DNA of 64,000 nucleotides. Source: a bacterium. GTDB taxonomy: Bacteria; Bacillota_I; Bacilli_A; RFN20; CAG-826. Where the stretch lies: the NCBI GenBank assembly GCA_963617535.1, contig CAVEPD010000001.1:1914-65913 (forward strand), read 5' to 3'. The position numbers and the translations under genes were made by a program. The stretch's first letter is position 1. Every line of letters begins with the position of its first letter. This document shows, one piece after another, positions 19,296 through 27,499 of the stretch. The notes beneath the pieces were generated by a model. It worked only from the letters and a program-made list of their open reading frames with translations, was not told the DNA's origin and made no database searches.

Positions 19296-20843
19296 ATGAA
19301 ACAGGCGATTTATTTATATCAGGCAGTCCCTTCTCGGGGCGAGATGCTTCTTGCAAATGATTCCTCATCCTTCACGCTTCCTTTTTTTGAGGAAGCTCAA
19401 GAAATCCTTGCAAAAGTCCATTGTTTTCCTCTTTCTGAGGATGCTTCTTTCTATCCGAACAACATGAGCGAAGATTCGGTGATGGAGCTTTCAAGGACGG
19501 ATTTCCATTTATCTGAATGGTTATTGCCGGCGCTTATCGTCGATCAGAATGATGAGCCTAGCACCGCCTTGCTGATAAATCGCGCGCACCCTGAAAGTGT
19601 TCTCGTCATCTCCTTGAAAGATAAAGAGGCGATTGTGCGCTGCCTCAATGGCGTTGAAATCTGCGAGGAAGAAGGGGAGCCGATGAACGGAAAGGAATTC
19701 CTTTCGACTCTCTCTTTGGCAACGAATCCGACTTCTTTCTCCCCAGAGAAACAAAATAGGCCTGCCGATCTTGGCTACTATGTTCCTAACGATGAAGCTC
19801 AAGAAAGCGACGACGATGGCCCTGTCTATATCGACATTGCACGCCCTGCTTTTGAGCCTTCCTCCAAAAAAGGAACTTTGGATTTAGGCTCCTCCTATAA
19901 CGTTAACGAGCCTGCGGAAGAAGAGGAGAGCGACCAGCCCGTTCATATCGATGTGGTCAAAGAATCCTTTTCAGCAGGCTCCAGCAAGAAGCCCCGTGAT
20001 TTGGGATCTTACTCAAGGAATAGGAGAACTTTTGCCCCTAATCCCGAAGAGGGAAAAGAGGGGCCCAGTCAAGAAGAGATTGTCAATTCGCTTGTTCGCC
20101 CTGCCTTTGAACCCAACGTTCAGCCCAAGGCTCCAGCTTCACAAGCTTCCTTCACCGCCCCCAAAGTTCCTAACCAAAGGAAATATGGCTCAAAAGGAAT
20201 CGAAAAGCCTGCTGAACCGGCCTCAGGAAAGAAAGAACAGGCTCCACAGGCCACGTTTGTTAAACCTGATTTTGTTCCTAATAACAACAAAAAGCCCGAG
20301 AATGTTCCTGACCCAAGCAAGACAAGGAATCAGCGTCCTTATCAAGCCAAAAATGAGGAACGCCCAGAGGCAAAAGCGGTCGCGCAGCCCTCTCTTCCTC
20401 CAAAGGTTGAGAAGGTTTACGCCTTCTGCAGGAAAAAGGATATTCATGGCTCAAGCACCATATTCAACGATCCTGCTTTGATGTTCGTGTCTCGCAAATT
20501 CGCTCGCGAAGGGGAGCGTCGTTTCGGCTCTGCCCCCGAGAACATCGACTCCTCGAAAACTACCTTTATCGCGATCGACGAGAAGGAGAGGCAGTCTTTC
20601 TTGGAGAAAGCCCTTGCTCCGACACTCGATGCTTGGGATCTGCTTGCCTTAAACGTTGAAAAGAACGGCATGCCCTATGCGTATTTGCTTTCAAGCAAGG
20701 ATGATCAGCTTCTCTGCGCGGTTTACGAAGTGGATGAGAATGACAACCTTTCTCTTGCTTATCTCACCCATAACGGAATTTCCGTCGAAGATCCTTCCTT
20801 GGACTATAAGGCGCTTCGTTCCCTTTGCTTCCCTAGCAAATAA
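19296..20843 (+). CDS. Hypothetical protein with a long P/E/K-rich disordered centre carrying repeated short motifs
   Basis: 515 aa with a good SD (GAGGAGGG). Structured N- and C-terminal parts are separated by about 200 aa of low complexity. Confidence 0.6.
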   Translation: MKQAIYLYQAVPSRGEMLLANDSSSFTLPFFEEAQEILAKVHCFPLSEDASFYPNNMSEDSVMELSRTDFHLSEWLLPALIVDQNDEPSTALLINRAHPESVLVISLKDKEAIVRCLNGVEICEEEGEPMNGKEFLSTLSLATNPTSFSPEKQNRPADLGYYVPNDEAQESDDDGPVYIDIARPAFEPSSKKGTLDLGSSYNVNEPAEEEESDQPVHIDVVKESFSAGSSKKPRDLGSYSRNRRTFAPNPEEGKEGPSQEEIVNSLVRPAFEPNVQPKAPASQASFTAPKVPNQRKYGSKGIEKPAEPASGKKEQAPQATFVKPDFVPNNNKKPENVPDPSKTRNQRPYQAKNEERPEAKAVAQPSLPPKVEKVYAFCRKKDIHGSSTIFNDPALMFVSRKFAREGERRFGSAPENIDSSKTTFIAIDEKERQSFLEKALAPTLDAWDLLALNVEKNGMPYAYLLSSKDDQLLCAVYEVDENDNLSLAYLTHNGISVEDPSLDYKALRSLCFPSK

Positions 20844-20849
20844 CAAACC

Positions 20850-21824
20850 ATGGCTAGCCGCGACCCCAAAGTCATTTCCTACACGATGTCGCGCATCCGC
20901 GGGAAAGACACAGGAATAGAACTTATTCTCCGCAAGGCGCTTTCCCGCTCCGGCGTGCATTACAGACTGTATTCCTCTAAAGTCTTTGGACATCCCGATA
21001 TCTGCATCGAGAAACTAAAAATCGCTATTTTCTGCGATTCTGAGTTTTGGCATGGCTACCATTTCGAGGAGAACAAAACCAAAATCCACTCAAACCTCTC
21101 CTATTGGATTCCGAAAATCGAACGGAACATTGCTAGGGACAAGGAAGTGAATGAAACCCTGAAAAGGCAAGGCTACCTGGTTTTGCGCTATTGGGGAAAA
21201 GAGATTGAAAAGGAATTAGACCGGGTTCTTGCGGAGATTTTGGAGAAAATCAAAGAAAGAGAAGCTCTTTTTGCCTGGCAAAAGCAGATTAAGATAAAGA
21301 CAACTTTGGCTTATATTGAAAACGAGGGGAGCTATTTGCTTCTTCATCGCATCAAAAAGAAGAACGACCTAAATGAGGGAAAATGGATTGGGGTTGGAGG
21401 CAAAATCGAAGAAGGGGAATCCGTGGTTCACGCTTTCAAAAGGGAAATCAAAGAAGAGACTGGTTTGGACGTGAATGCCTATTCCTACTTAGGCAAAATC
21501 GATTTCTTGAATGACGCCTACCCTCCAGAAAGAATGTTCCTCTTTAAAGTCACCTCCTTTTCGGGAGAGCTGATTGACTGCGACGAAGGGGAACTCGCGT
21601 GGGTTAAGAAAGAGGAAATGTCTTCCCTTCCTATGTGGGAAGGGGACAAGGCTTTCTTGCCTCTTCTTGAGAAAAAGGAAACGCGGCCCTTCTCTTTAAT
21701 CCTTGAATATCGCGGGGGTGAGCTATACGCTACCCACGGGCCTTATTACCCTAAAGAAACCAAAAAGAAAGGTGCTAAGAAAAAGAAGAAAAAAGGACTT
21801 GATGAAAATAGGAAGCGTGCTTGA
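20850..21824 (+). CDS. Fusion protein: Vsr-like (very short patch repair / PD-(D/E)XK) endonuclease domain + MutX/MutT-type Nudix hydrolase domain + Lys-rich tail
   Basis: 324 aa. The N-terminal part (SRIRGKDTGIELILRKAL...HPDICIEKLKIAIFCDSEFWHGY...YWIPKIERNIARD...GYLVLRYW) is Vsr-like. The C-terminal part (LLLHRIKKKNDLNEGKWIGVGGKIEEGESVVHAFKREIKEETGL...IDCDEGELAWV...WEGDKAF) has a perfect Nudix box and closely resembles streptococcal MutX. Confidence 0.75.
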   Translation: MASRDPKVISYTMSRIRGKDTGIELILRKALSRSGVHYRLYSSKVFGHPDICIEKLKIAIFCDSEFWHGYHFEENKTKIHSNLSYWIPKIERNIARDKEVNETLKRQGYLVLRYWGKEIEKELDRVLAEILEKIKEREALFAWQKQIKIKTTLAYIENEGSYLLLHRIKKKNDLNEGKWIGVGGKIEEGESVVHAFKREIKEETGLDVNAYSYLGKIDFLNDAYPPERMFLFKVTSFSGELIDCDEGELAWVKKEEMSSLPMWEGDKAFLPLLEKKETRPFSLILEYRGGELYATHGPYYPKETKKKGAKKKKKKGLDENRKRA

Positions 21825-21887
21825 ATATGCATGCTTTTGGAAGGCGATTAACCCCAGCTTTCCGAAAGCTTTTTTAGGAGAGAGAAT

Positions 21888-22490
21888 ATGAAAATCGAAC
21901 GTGAGAAGGTCGCGATTGACCAACTAGATATGCTTGACCAAGCCACGGGCTTTGGCCTCTTTTGCAAGGTGGTGGAAGATATGCTTCCGAAGAATGCAAC
22001 CAGCGAAGAGAAGCAAATGATCCCAGCCCTGGTGGGTTCCCTCATGGGCCGCATGCATTTTGGAAACGATGGCTTCCGCGCTTTGTTGATTGCCCTTATT
22101 GACGCAGGAGTGAACCGCGGGGTTTTGCTTGGAACGAAAAACGCGGTCAGATGGCCTGATTGGGATCCCGAGGATCACAGCAATGAAGATTGTCATCCTC
22201 TCTGCGACGTCTTCTTCTCTTATTATTCCTATGTCCTTTACTCCCAAAAGAAAGTGGTGGTTCCCGATTTTGCCTTAGGGCCGATCTTCACACTCTCCGG
22301 CATCGCCATGGAAGGCATTGCCAGGGGCTACCATGTCGTTGACGACAACATGAAAGAGCTCTACCCAAAGTTCAAAGAGACCGTAGAAAAAAGCTTTGCT
22401 GAGCACGGAGATCCTAGCTTGGATCTTCAATCAACCCTGCAAAGCCTGGCTCTTTTTGGCGATACACGTCGAATCAAGCACTCCGCCTAA
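21888..22490 (+). CDS. Hypothetical protein
   Basis: 200 aa with an AGGAG SD and no recognisable motifs. Confidence 0.55.
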   Translation: MKIEREKVAIDQLDMLDQATGFGLFCKVVEDMLPKNATSEEKQMIPALVGSLMGRMHFGNDGFRALLIALIDAGVNRGVLLGTKNAVRWPDWDPEDHSNEDCHPLCDVFFSYYSYVLYSQKKVVVPDFALGPIFTLSGIAMEGIARGYHVVDDNMKELYPKFKETVEKSFAEHGDPSLDLQSTLQSLALFGDTRRIKHSA

Positions 22491-23023
22491 TCTTTGAATT
22501 CGTACTTGGCGATTTCGCAATTATCGAGGCCGAAGTTCACGAATTCCTCGTTTCCCATATCGTGGAAATAGGAATTGAGCACTCTGGACATGCCACCATG
22601 GCAGACGAGCAAGACGTTTTCGTTCCGTCTTCTTGCCTTGATTTCATTCAGGAAGGGATAAACCCTAGCGACGACGTCGAGATAGCTTTCCCCGTTGGGG
22701 TAGCGTTTGAAGAAGCTTTTTCGCTGGGTCAGATAAGCTTCTCCGGACCGAGGTTTTCCTTCCATGTCCCCATAGAATTCCTCAATGATTCGCTCGTCGA
22801 CGATAACGGGTGCATGGCGGTCTTCGTTGATGATTTCCGCGGTTTGCCTCGCTCTTTGCAAAGGGGAGACGTAAATCACATCGATCTTGATGTTCGCTAA
22901 TTTTTCTTTCGTGAGTTTCGCTTGCTTGATCCCCTCTTCGTTCAAAGGGATATCAATCCTTCCTTGAATCAGCATTTTTTTGTTCCAATCGGTTTGGCCA
23001 TGCCTTACTACGTATAGACTCAT
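22487..23023 (-). CDS. Histidine phosphatase (phosphoglycerate mutase) family protein
   Basis: 178 aa. It has the RHGQTDWN catalytic motif and a later CHGG motif. Confidence 0.85.
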   Translation of the reverse strand: MSLYVVRHGQTDWNKKMLIQGRIDIPLNEEGIKQAKLTKEKLANIKIDVIYVSPLQRARQTAEIINEDRHAPVIVDERIIEEFYGDMEGKPRSGEAYLTQRKSFFKRYPNGESYLDVVARVYPFLNEIKARRRNENVLLVCHGGMSRVLNSYFHDMGNEEFVNFGLDNCEIAKYEFKD

Positions 23024-24504
23024 TCGTGATTTGCCTCCGGTTTATCTTTCCATTTTGAAGCGGTTTTGAATAGGGCGGGGAGCAGGAACGCGCAGGCGGC
23101 GATCCAAGCCAAAGCGTCCGCGAGGCAGACGGAGATGAAGGCGGCTTCGCTCGCCTCGCTCGTGATGACTCCTCCATTGACTAGGCTAGGCAAGAACAGG
23201 CAGATCAAAACGCGCGCGACAAGTTCACCGACTCCTGCGAGGAAAGGGAACAAAGGCTTTTCTAGACCCTGCAATTCATTGCGACCCAAGAAAAGCAAGG
23301 CAAGGACACCCATGAAAGGCATAACGGTGAACAAATAGGTGTTTCCATAGCGGAGACTCTCATCGTTGATCTTGTCCGCGGAAAGGAAGATTCTTTGGTA
23401 AGCGCCGTCAATCATAAGCAATAAGCCAATCGCGCAAACGATGACCCAAATGATAAGGGCCAAGATAATAGAAGCCCTGTATCCTTTTCTAAGCCTCTCT
23501 TTGTTGTTCGCTCCAAGATTTTGCCCCATGTAGGAGAGCATCGCGGTACCGAGTCCGCTCATCGGGGCCATCATGATGTTGAAAACCTTGCTTGCCGCCC
23601 CGTAGCCAAGCTGGGCAGGGGTGGAAGCGATCATCGCTCCCGTTGCATCCGTATCGAAAGAGATGACCGCGGCTTGCATAACGATGATGCCGATTTCGAG
23701 AATGGAGAACTGAAAAGCCAAAGGCAGACCATCTTTTAAATGGCGGACAATGAAACTCATGGACAAATGACAATCGCTTTTCTTGATGCGCATTTTGGGG
23801 TAGCGGATCGCCGCGTAAGCCATCGCGCCGAAGGCGGATAAAGCCTGCGAAATAACGGTCGCCCAGGCGCTTCCTGCGACGCCCCAATGGAAGACGACGA
23901 TGAACAGGAGATCGAGCCCGACGTTTGCCGCAGCCGAGAAAATCAGGAACAAAAACGGGGTGAAAGAGTCCCCATAACTCCGCAAAACCCCAAAAATCAT
24001 GTTGAAAAAGGCGGTCGCGAAAGTTCCGATGTACAAAATAAGGATATAGGTTTTCGCTGCTTCGTATTCGGCTTGCATCGAAGGGTCGCCCGTGCCACCT
24101 TTGATGCCGATAAGCGACAAAAGTGGATCTATCATAAGACAGCCAATCCCCGCCAAAACGACGGAGATGATAACCATCAGAATAATCTGGGTCAGATAAC
24201 TCTTTCTTGCCCCTTCTTCGTCGCCTGCTCCGAAACGCTCGGCGGTGATGACGGAGAATCCGCTTGCCGCGCCGATTGCGAATTGCATGATGATCCAAAC
24301 CGCTGGGGCGCTGCTATTGACTCCAGCCACTTCGGCCGCGCCGAGGTTTTGCCCGACGATGATCGTGTCGGTCAAGGTATAAATTTGCTGAAGGATGAGC
24401 GAGAGGACAATTGGAAAGAAGAACAAAAGTATCCCTTTCCAAATATTCCCCTTGGTGAGGTCAATCGGGTCGAATAGTTTCCTGAAGCGCTTAAGAAGTT
24501 TCAT
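23020..24504 (-). CDS. MATE family efflux transporter
   Basis: 494 aa with 12 TM-like segments. The N-terminus (IWKGILLFFFPIVLSLILQQIYTLTDTIIVGQ) is typical of MATE proteins. Confidence 0.85.
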   Translation of the reverse strand: MKLLKRFRKLFDPIDLTKGNIWKGILLFFFPIVLSLILQQIYTLTDTIIVGQNLGAAEVAGVNSSAPAVWIIMQFAIGAASGFSVITAERFGAGDEEGARKSYLTQIILMVIISVVLAGIGCLMIDPLLSLIGIKGGTGDPSMQAEYEAAKTYILILYIGTFATAFFNMIFGVLRSYGDSFTPFLFLIFSAAANVGLDLLFIVVFHWGVAGSAWATVISQALSAFGAMAYAAIRYPKMRIKKSDCHLSMSFIVRHLKDGLPLAFQFSILEIGIIVMQAAVISFDTDATGAMIASTPAQLGYGAASKVFNIMMAPMSGLGTAMLSYMGQNLGANNKERLRKGYRASIILALIIWVIVCAIGLLLMIDGAYQRIFLSADKINDESLRYGNTYLFTVMPFMGVLALLFLGRNELQGLEKPLFPFLAGVGELVARVLICLFLPSLVNGGVITSEASEAAFISVCLADALAWIAACAFLLPALFKTASKWKDKPEANHE

Positions 24505-24577
24505 AAGCGCCGTTATTCTAGGCAGGTCAAGTGAAAAGAAAACACCTTTTTAAAGGTGCTTCCTTGAAAACGCTTCC

Positions 24578-25912
24578 TTAATCTAAGGCCGACCAAAGCC
24601 CGTTGAAGGGTTCGCATTCTTTGATGGGGGATTCTTCGTATTGCTTTACCAAATCCGCGGGGAGATATTTCTTCCTCACGATGATTTGGTAGACATAGGA
24701 GTCGAACCAAGCGGCATCGCAGATATAGAAGCCTCCATCGCCGTTGTCTCTCCCCCAAGAGTTCTCGATTTTGTAACGGTTTGGTTTATTGCCGACGAGA
24801 TTCACCCCGGTGAACGCCATTGCGTGGCTGCAGTAGGTGGACTGGTAGTTGAGCTGTTCGCCTTTGCTAAGCTTGTCTTTTATGCCGAAGAGCAAATCCT
24901 CACGAATGAGACTCGGACTCATGAAGCCGGCTTTTCTAAGGGATTTCGCGCCTACTTCAGCGGCGAACCAGACGATTTCTCCTCCTTTCAAGGAAGAAAC
25001 GACTGCTTTTCTCATTTCGCTTACCGGCACATCGAAGAAAGTGACGGGATCTCCTCCGACGACGTTGCCGACGTAAGGAGAGACATAACGGACGCCTTTT
25101 TCCCAACCAAGCGTTCCCGCGTCGCTTAAGGAAATCCAATCGTCTAAGTCAATGCCGATGTATTTCTCGTAGAACTCGACTCCGCTCATCTCCGGGAGAC
25201 GGACGAATTTGCCGTCCTTGTCTTTGTATTCAAAGATGAATTTTTTTGGAGGCACGCCTAGCGAGATGGCTAGAATTCGATAGACTTCTTCTAGCATTCC
25301 TTCCTTTTTCTTGCGCATGTCCTCTTTGCTTTTGCCTTTCTCCGCCATATCGTGGAAGACTTTGACGTCGTTAGCGATGACGTTTTGAAGAACGTTGTTT
25401 AGCTCGCTGGTGGATCTGCTGGTGATGGTGTCTTTCATGAGAGAGCTAGGGATGACGCCGTATTTCTTTACTAGGGAAGTGAACATCGCCCAATGCCCGC
25501 CATCTGCGATGCCATTGTTGAGAAGATAAGCGTTAAGGCGGCTGCTGATGGGCTGATCGACGATGTCAATGGCCTTCTCGAGAGTGAAATTTGCTTTCTC
25601 TAATTTGTCGTAGAATTGCAAATAAGCCTGAGAAAGCTCGATGCTTTTAACTCCGAGCTTCTCAAAAAGGGTTTTCCTGAGAACGTTGAGTCCAGCGAAC
25701 ATCCAGCAACGTCCGGATTGGTTTTGGTTGGTGATGTCTCCAGCGTCGACTTCGATTGAAAAGACGTTTTGCAAGGACATCATCACATTGCTGTCGATGC
25801 AGCTATTGACGATTCCGTTGTATCTCACGGCCATTTCTTTGGCGGGGTCGATCTTGCCTTCTTGTGAGGCGGCGATTTTCTCAATATCTTTGAGGGTCAA
25901 TTCTTGTTGCAT
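24578..25912 (-). CDS. pepC: Aminopeptidase C (bleomycin hydrolase-type C1 cysteine peptidase)
   Basis: 444 aa. It has the active-site context QNQSGRCWMFAG, and the C-terminal part contains HAMAFTGV and ENSWG. Confidence 0.9.
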   Translation of the reverse strand: MQQELTLKDIEKIAASQEGKIDPAKEMAVRYNGIVNSCIDSNVMMSLQNVFSIEVDAGDITNQNQSGRCWMFAGLNVLRKTLFEKLGVKSIELSQAYLQFYDKLEKANFTLEKAIDIVDQPISSRLNAYLLNNGIADGGHWAMFTSLVKKYGVIPSSLMKDTITSRSTSELNNVLQNVIANDVKVFHDMAEKGKSKEDMRKKKEGMLEEVYRILAISLGVPPKKFIFEYKDKDGKFVRLPEMSGVEFYEKYIGIDLDDWISLSDAGTLGWEKGVRYVSPYVGNVVGGDPVTFFDVPVSEMRKAVVSSLKGGEIVWFAAEVGAKSLRKAGFMSPSLIREDLLFGIKDKLSKGEQLNYQSTYCSHAMAFTGVNLVGNKPNRYKIENSWGRDNGDGGFYICDAAWFDSYVYQIIVRKKYLPADLVKQYEESPIKECEPFNGLWSALD

Positions 25913-26025
25913 AGGTACTCCTTAAAAGTTAAGCAAAATTAAAGATATACTTCTTCGCCGATTTGTCGAGGCGGTTTTTGAGATTTAAATCTTGACTTGA
26001 TTGGCCCCTTGCCTATCCTTTTCCT

Positions 26026-27459
26026 GTGAAAAACCGTAAGTCCACCTTCTTGTTTTGCGCGGCATTATCCTCTCTCGCTCTTTTGTCTTGCGCTCTAGTT
26101 AATGCGCTTTCCCGAGAAGGCTTAACTCTTGCTAATCAAAGTCAATCTACTTATTGCGCTGACATCACGTTCGGGCAAAGCTCGCACGACGAAACCAATC
26201 TTTTGTCGGGAACCTCCAGCTTTTCTACAAAAAACATCGATATTTCAGAAGTTACTGATGTTTCGAAATGTTATGTTGGGAGTGGCTGTGGTGAATGTGC
26301 CTTAAAGATGGGAAGCAGCTCGAAGAGCGGAATCTTTACTCTGAAATTTAGTTCATCCCTTCCTATCACGTCCTTGAGGGTTCTCGCCTATCAATACAAA
26401 AATAATAGTTCCACCTTATCTGTTTACGAGGATTCCTCCTTTAAACCTTCGAACGACGTGAATGCGGTAGATGGAGGTAGCATTTACGATTGCCTGAGTT
26501 CGGATTGGCTTTGCTATACGGGATTTGACGGGAGTGTCAGTTCTTTAACCTTCGAGTCGAGCGCAAGACTTTACTTAGCTAAAGTTGTTTTCGTTTTGTC
26601 GGATACGCCAGCTTACTCTTCGGACTATTCTTCCTATTCTTCTTCCTCCGAAGAGAGGAGTTCGTCCAGCTCTTCTTCTAGCGAGGTCACATCACCTGAA
26701 TCAAGTTCAAAGAGTTCTTCTTCGAATTCAAGCTCCGAAGAAAACGAGCATAGCTATCCTTTTGATACGAGCGAGTATTACACCTCCTATTCAAGCGGTG
26801 CCTTTACGAATTACATCGATCTTTCGCCTTCTACCGATACCCGTGTTGAGCCCGTCGTTTCCGAAGACGGGGAGAGCGTTGATTGCTACGCGAAGAACAG
26901 CAACGGGCGTTACTACGTCGTGGAGACGATTTACAAAGGCGGCGTCTATACCGATTCAAACGAAGTCGCTTGTTATATCAACGCCTTCGGAGAATGCCCT
27001 GCGAATTACGTTCTTTATTCGAACAGCAGATATTCCAATTTCCCGGATGGAACGTTGTCTTCAAGCAAGGCCAAGGAATACGTTTATAACACCTACGGGA
27101 GCAAAGGGAGACTTTACACTTATTACAGTCAGTTGGATGGTTATGTCACTTCAGTTCCGGTGAATTCGAAAAACAGCGATTTCCATTATTGGGAAGTTGA
27201 TATCGCGGTGACGGACGCTTATGCGAGTTCGACCAGTTTTAATCGCGGCGGTGGACGTCTTGTCGTTTTCCCTTATGGGGTGACCACGAGCACCTACGAT
27301 TCCGGCAAGACCTTCATCGTGAAGACGATTGATCATTATCAGCACGCCCGCGAATTCGCGAACTATCTTGAGGGTTGGGGAGCGAATTTCGATATGGAGT
27401 GCACACATTCCGATTACGAAAGTTATTCTTCCTTAACAACGGAGTCTCTTACTTTCTGA
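26026..27459 (+). CDS. Predicted lipoprotein with an unknown N-terminal domain, a Ser-rich linker and a C-terminal barnase/N1-T1-type ribonuclease domain
   Basis: 477 aa with a GTG start. Signal peptide plus lipobox: LALLSC. The C-terminal part aligns by eye to barnase: VACYINAFGECPANY ~ VADYLQTYHKLPDNY, YWEVDI ~ WREADI, FNRGGGRLVVF ~ FRNSDRILYS, and VKTIDHYQHAREF ~ YKTTDHYQTFTKI. Confidence 0.65.
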   Translation: MKNRKSTFLFCAALSSLALLSCALVNALSREGLTLANQSQSTYCADITFGQSSHDETNLLSGTSSFSTKNIDISEVTDVSKCYVGSGCGECALKMGSSSKSGIFTLKFSSSLPITSLRVLAYQYKNNSSTLSVYEDSSFKPSNDVNAVDGGSIYDCLSSDWLCYTGFDGSVSSLTFESSARLYLAKVVFVLSDTPAYSSDYSSYSSSSEERSSSSSSSSEVTSPESSSKSSSSNSSSEENEHSYPFDTSEYYTSYSSGAFTNYIDLSPSTDTRVEPVVSEDGESVDCYAKNSNGRYYVVETIYKGGVYTDSNEVACYINAFGECPANYVLYSNSRYSNFPDGTLSSSKAKEYVYNTYGSKGRLYTYYSQLDGYVTSVPVNSKNSDFHYWEVDIAVTDAYASSTSFNRGGGRLVVFPYGVTTSTYDSGKTFIVKTIDHYQHAREFANYLEGWGANFDMECTHSDYESYSSLTTESLTF

Positions 27460-27499
27460 ACTGAGTCTATAATTACGCCGACCCAAGGAGGGTGACGCA

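Noticed and set aside
23489-24298. 269-aa minus-strand ORF rich in Arg/His/Gly, lying inside the MATE transporter gene
   Set aside because: It is an alternative frame of the same strand as a well-supported 12-TM MATE gene. Its composition (runs of R, H and G) is typical of an off-frame translation, and it has no independent start context.
26611-26761. Ser-rich coding tract as a phase-variable simple-sequence repeat
   Set aside because: The serine codons are mixed (TCT/TCC/AGC/TCG/AGT), so there is no uniform nucleotide repeat that could slip. It is a low-complexity linker rather than a contingency tract.
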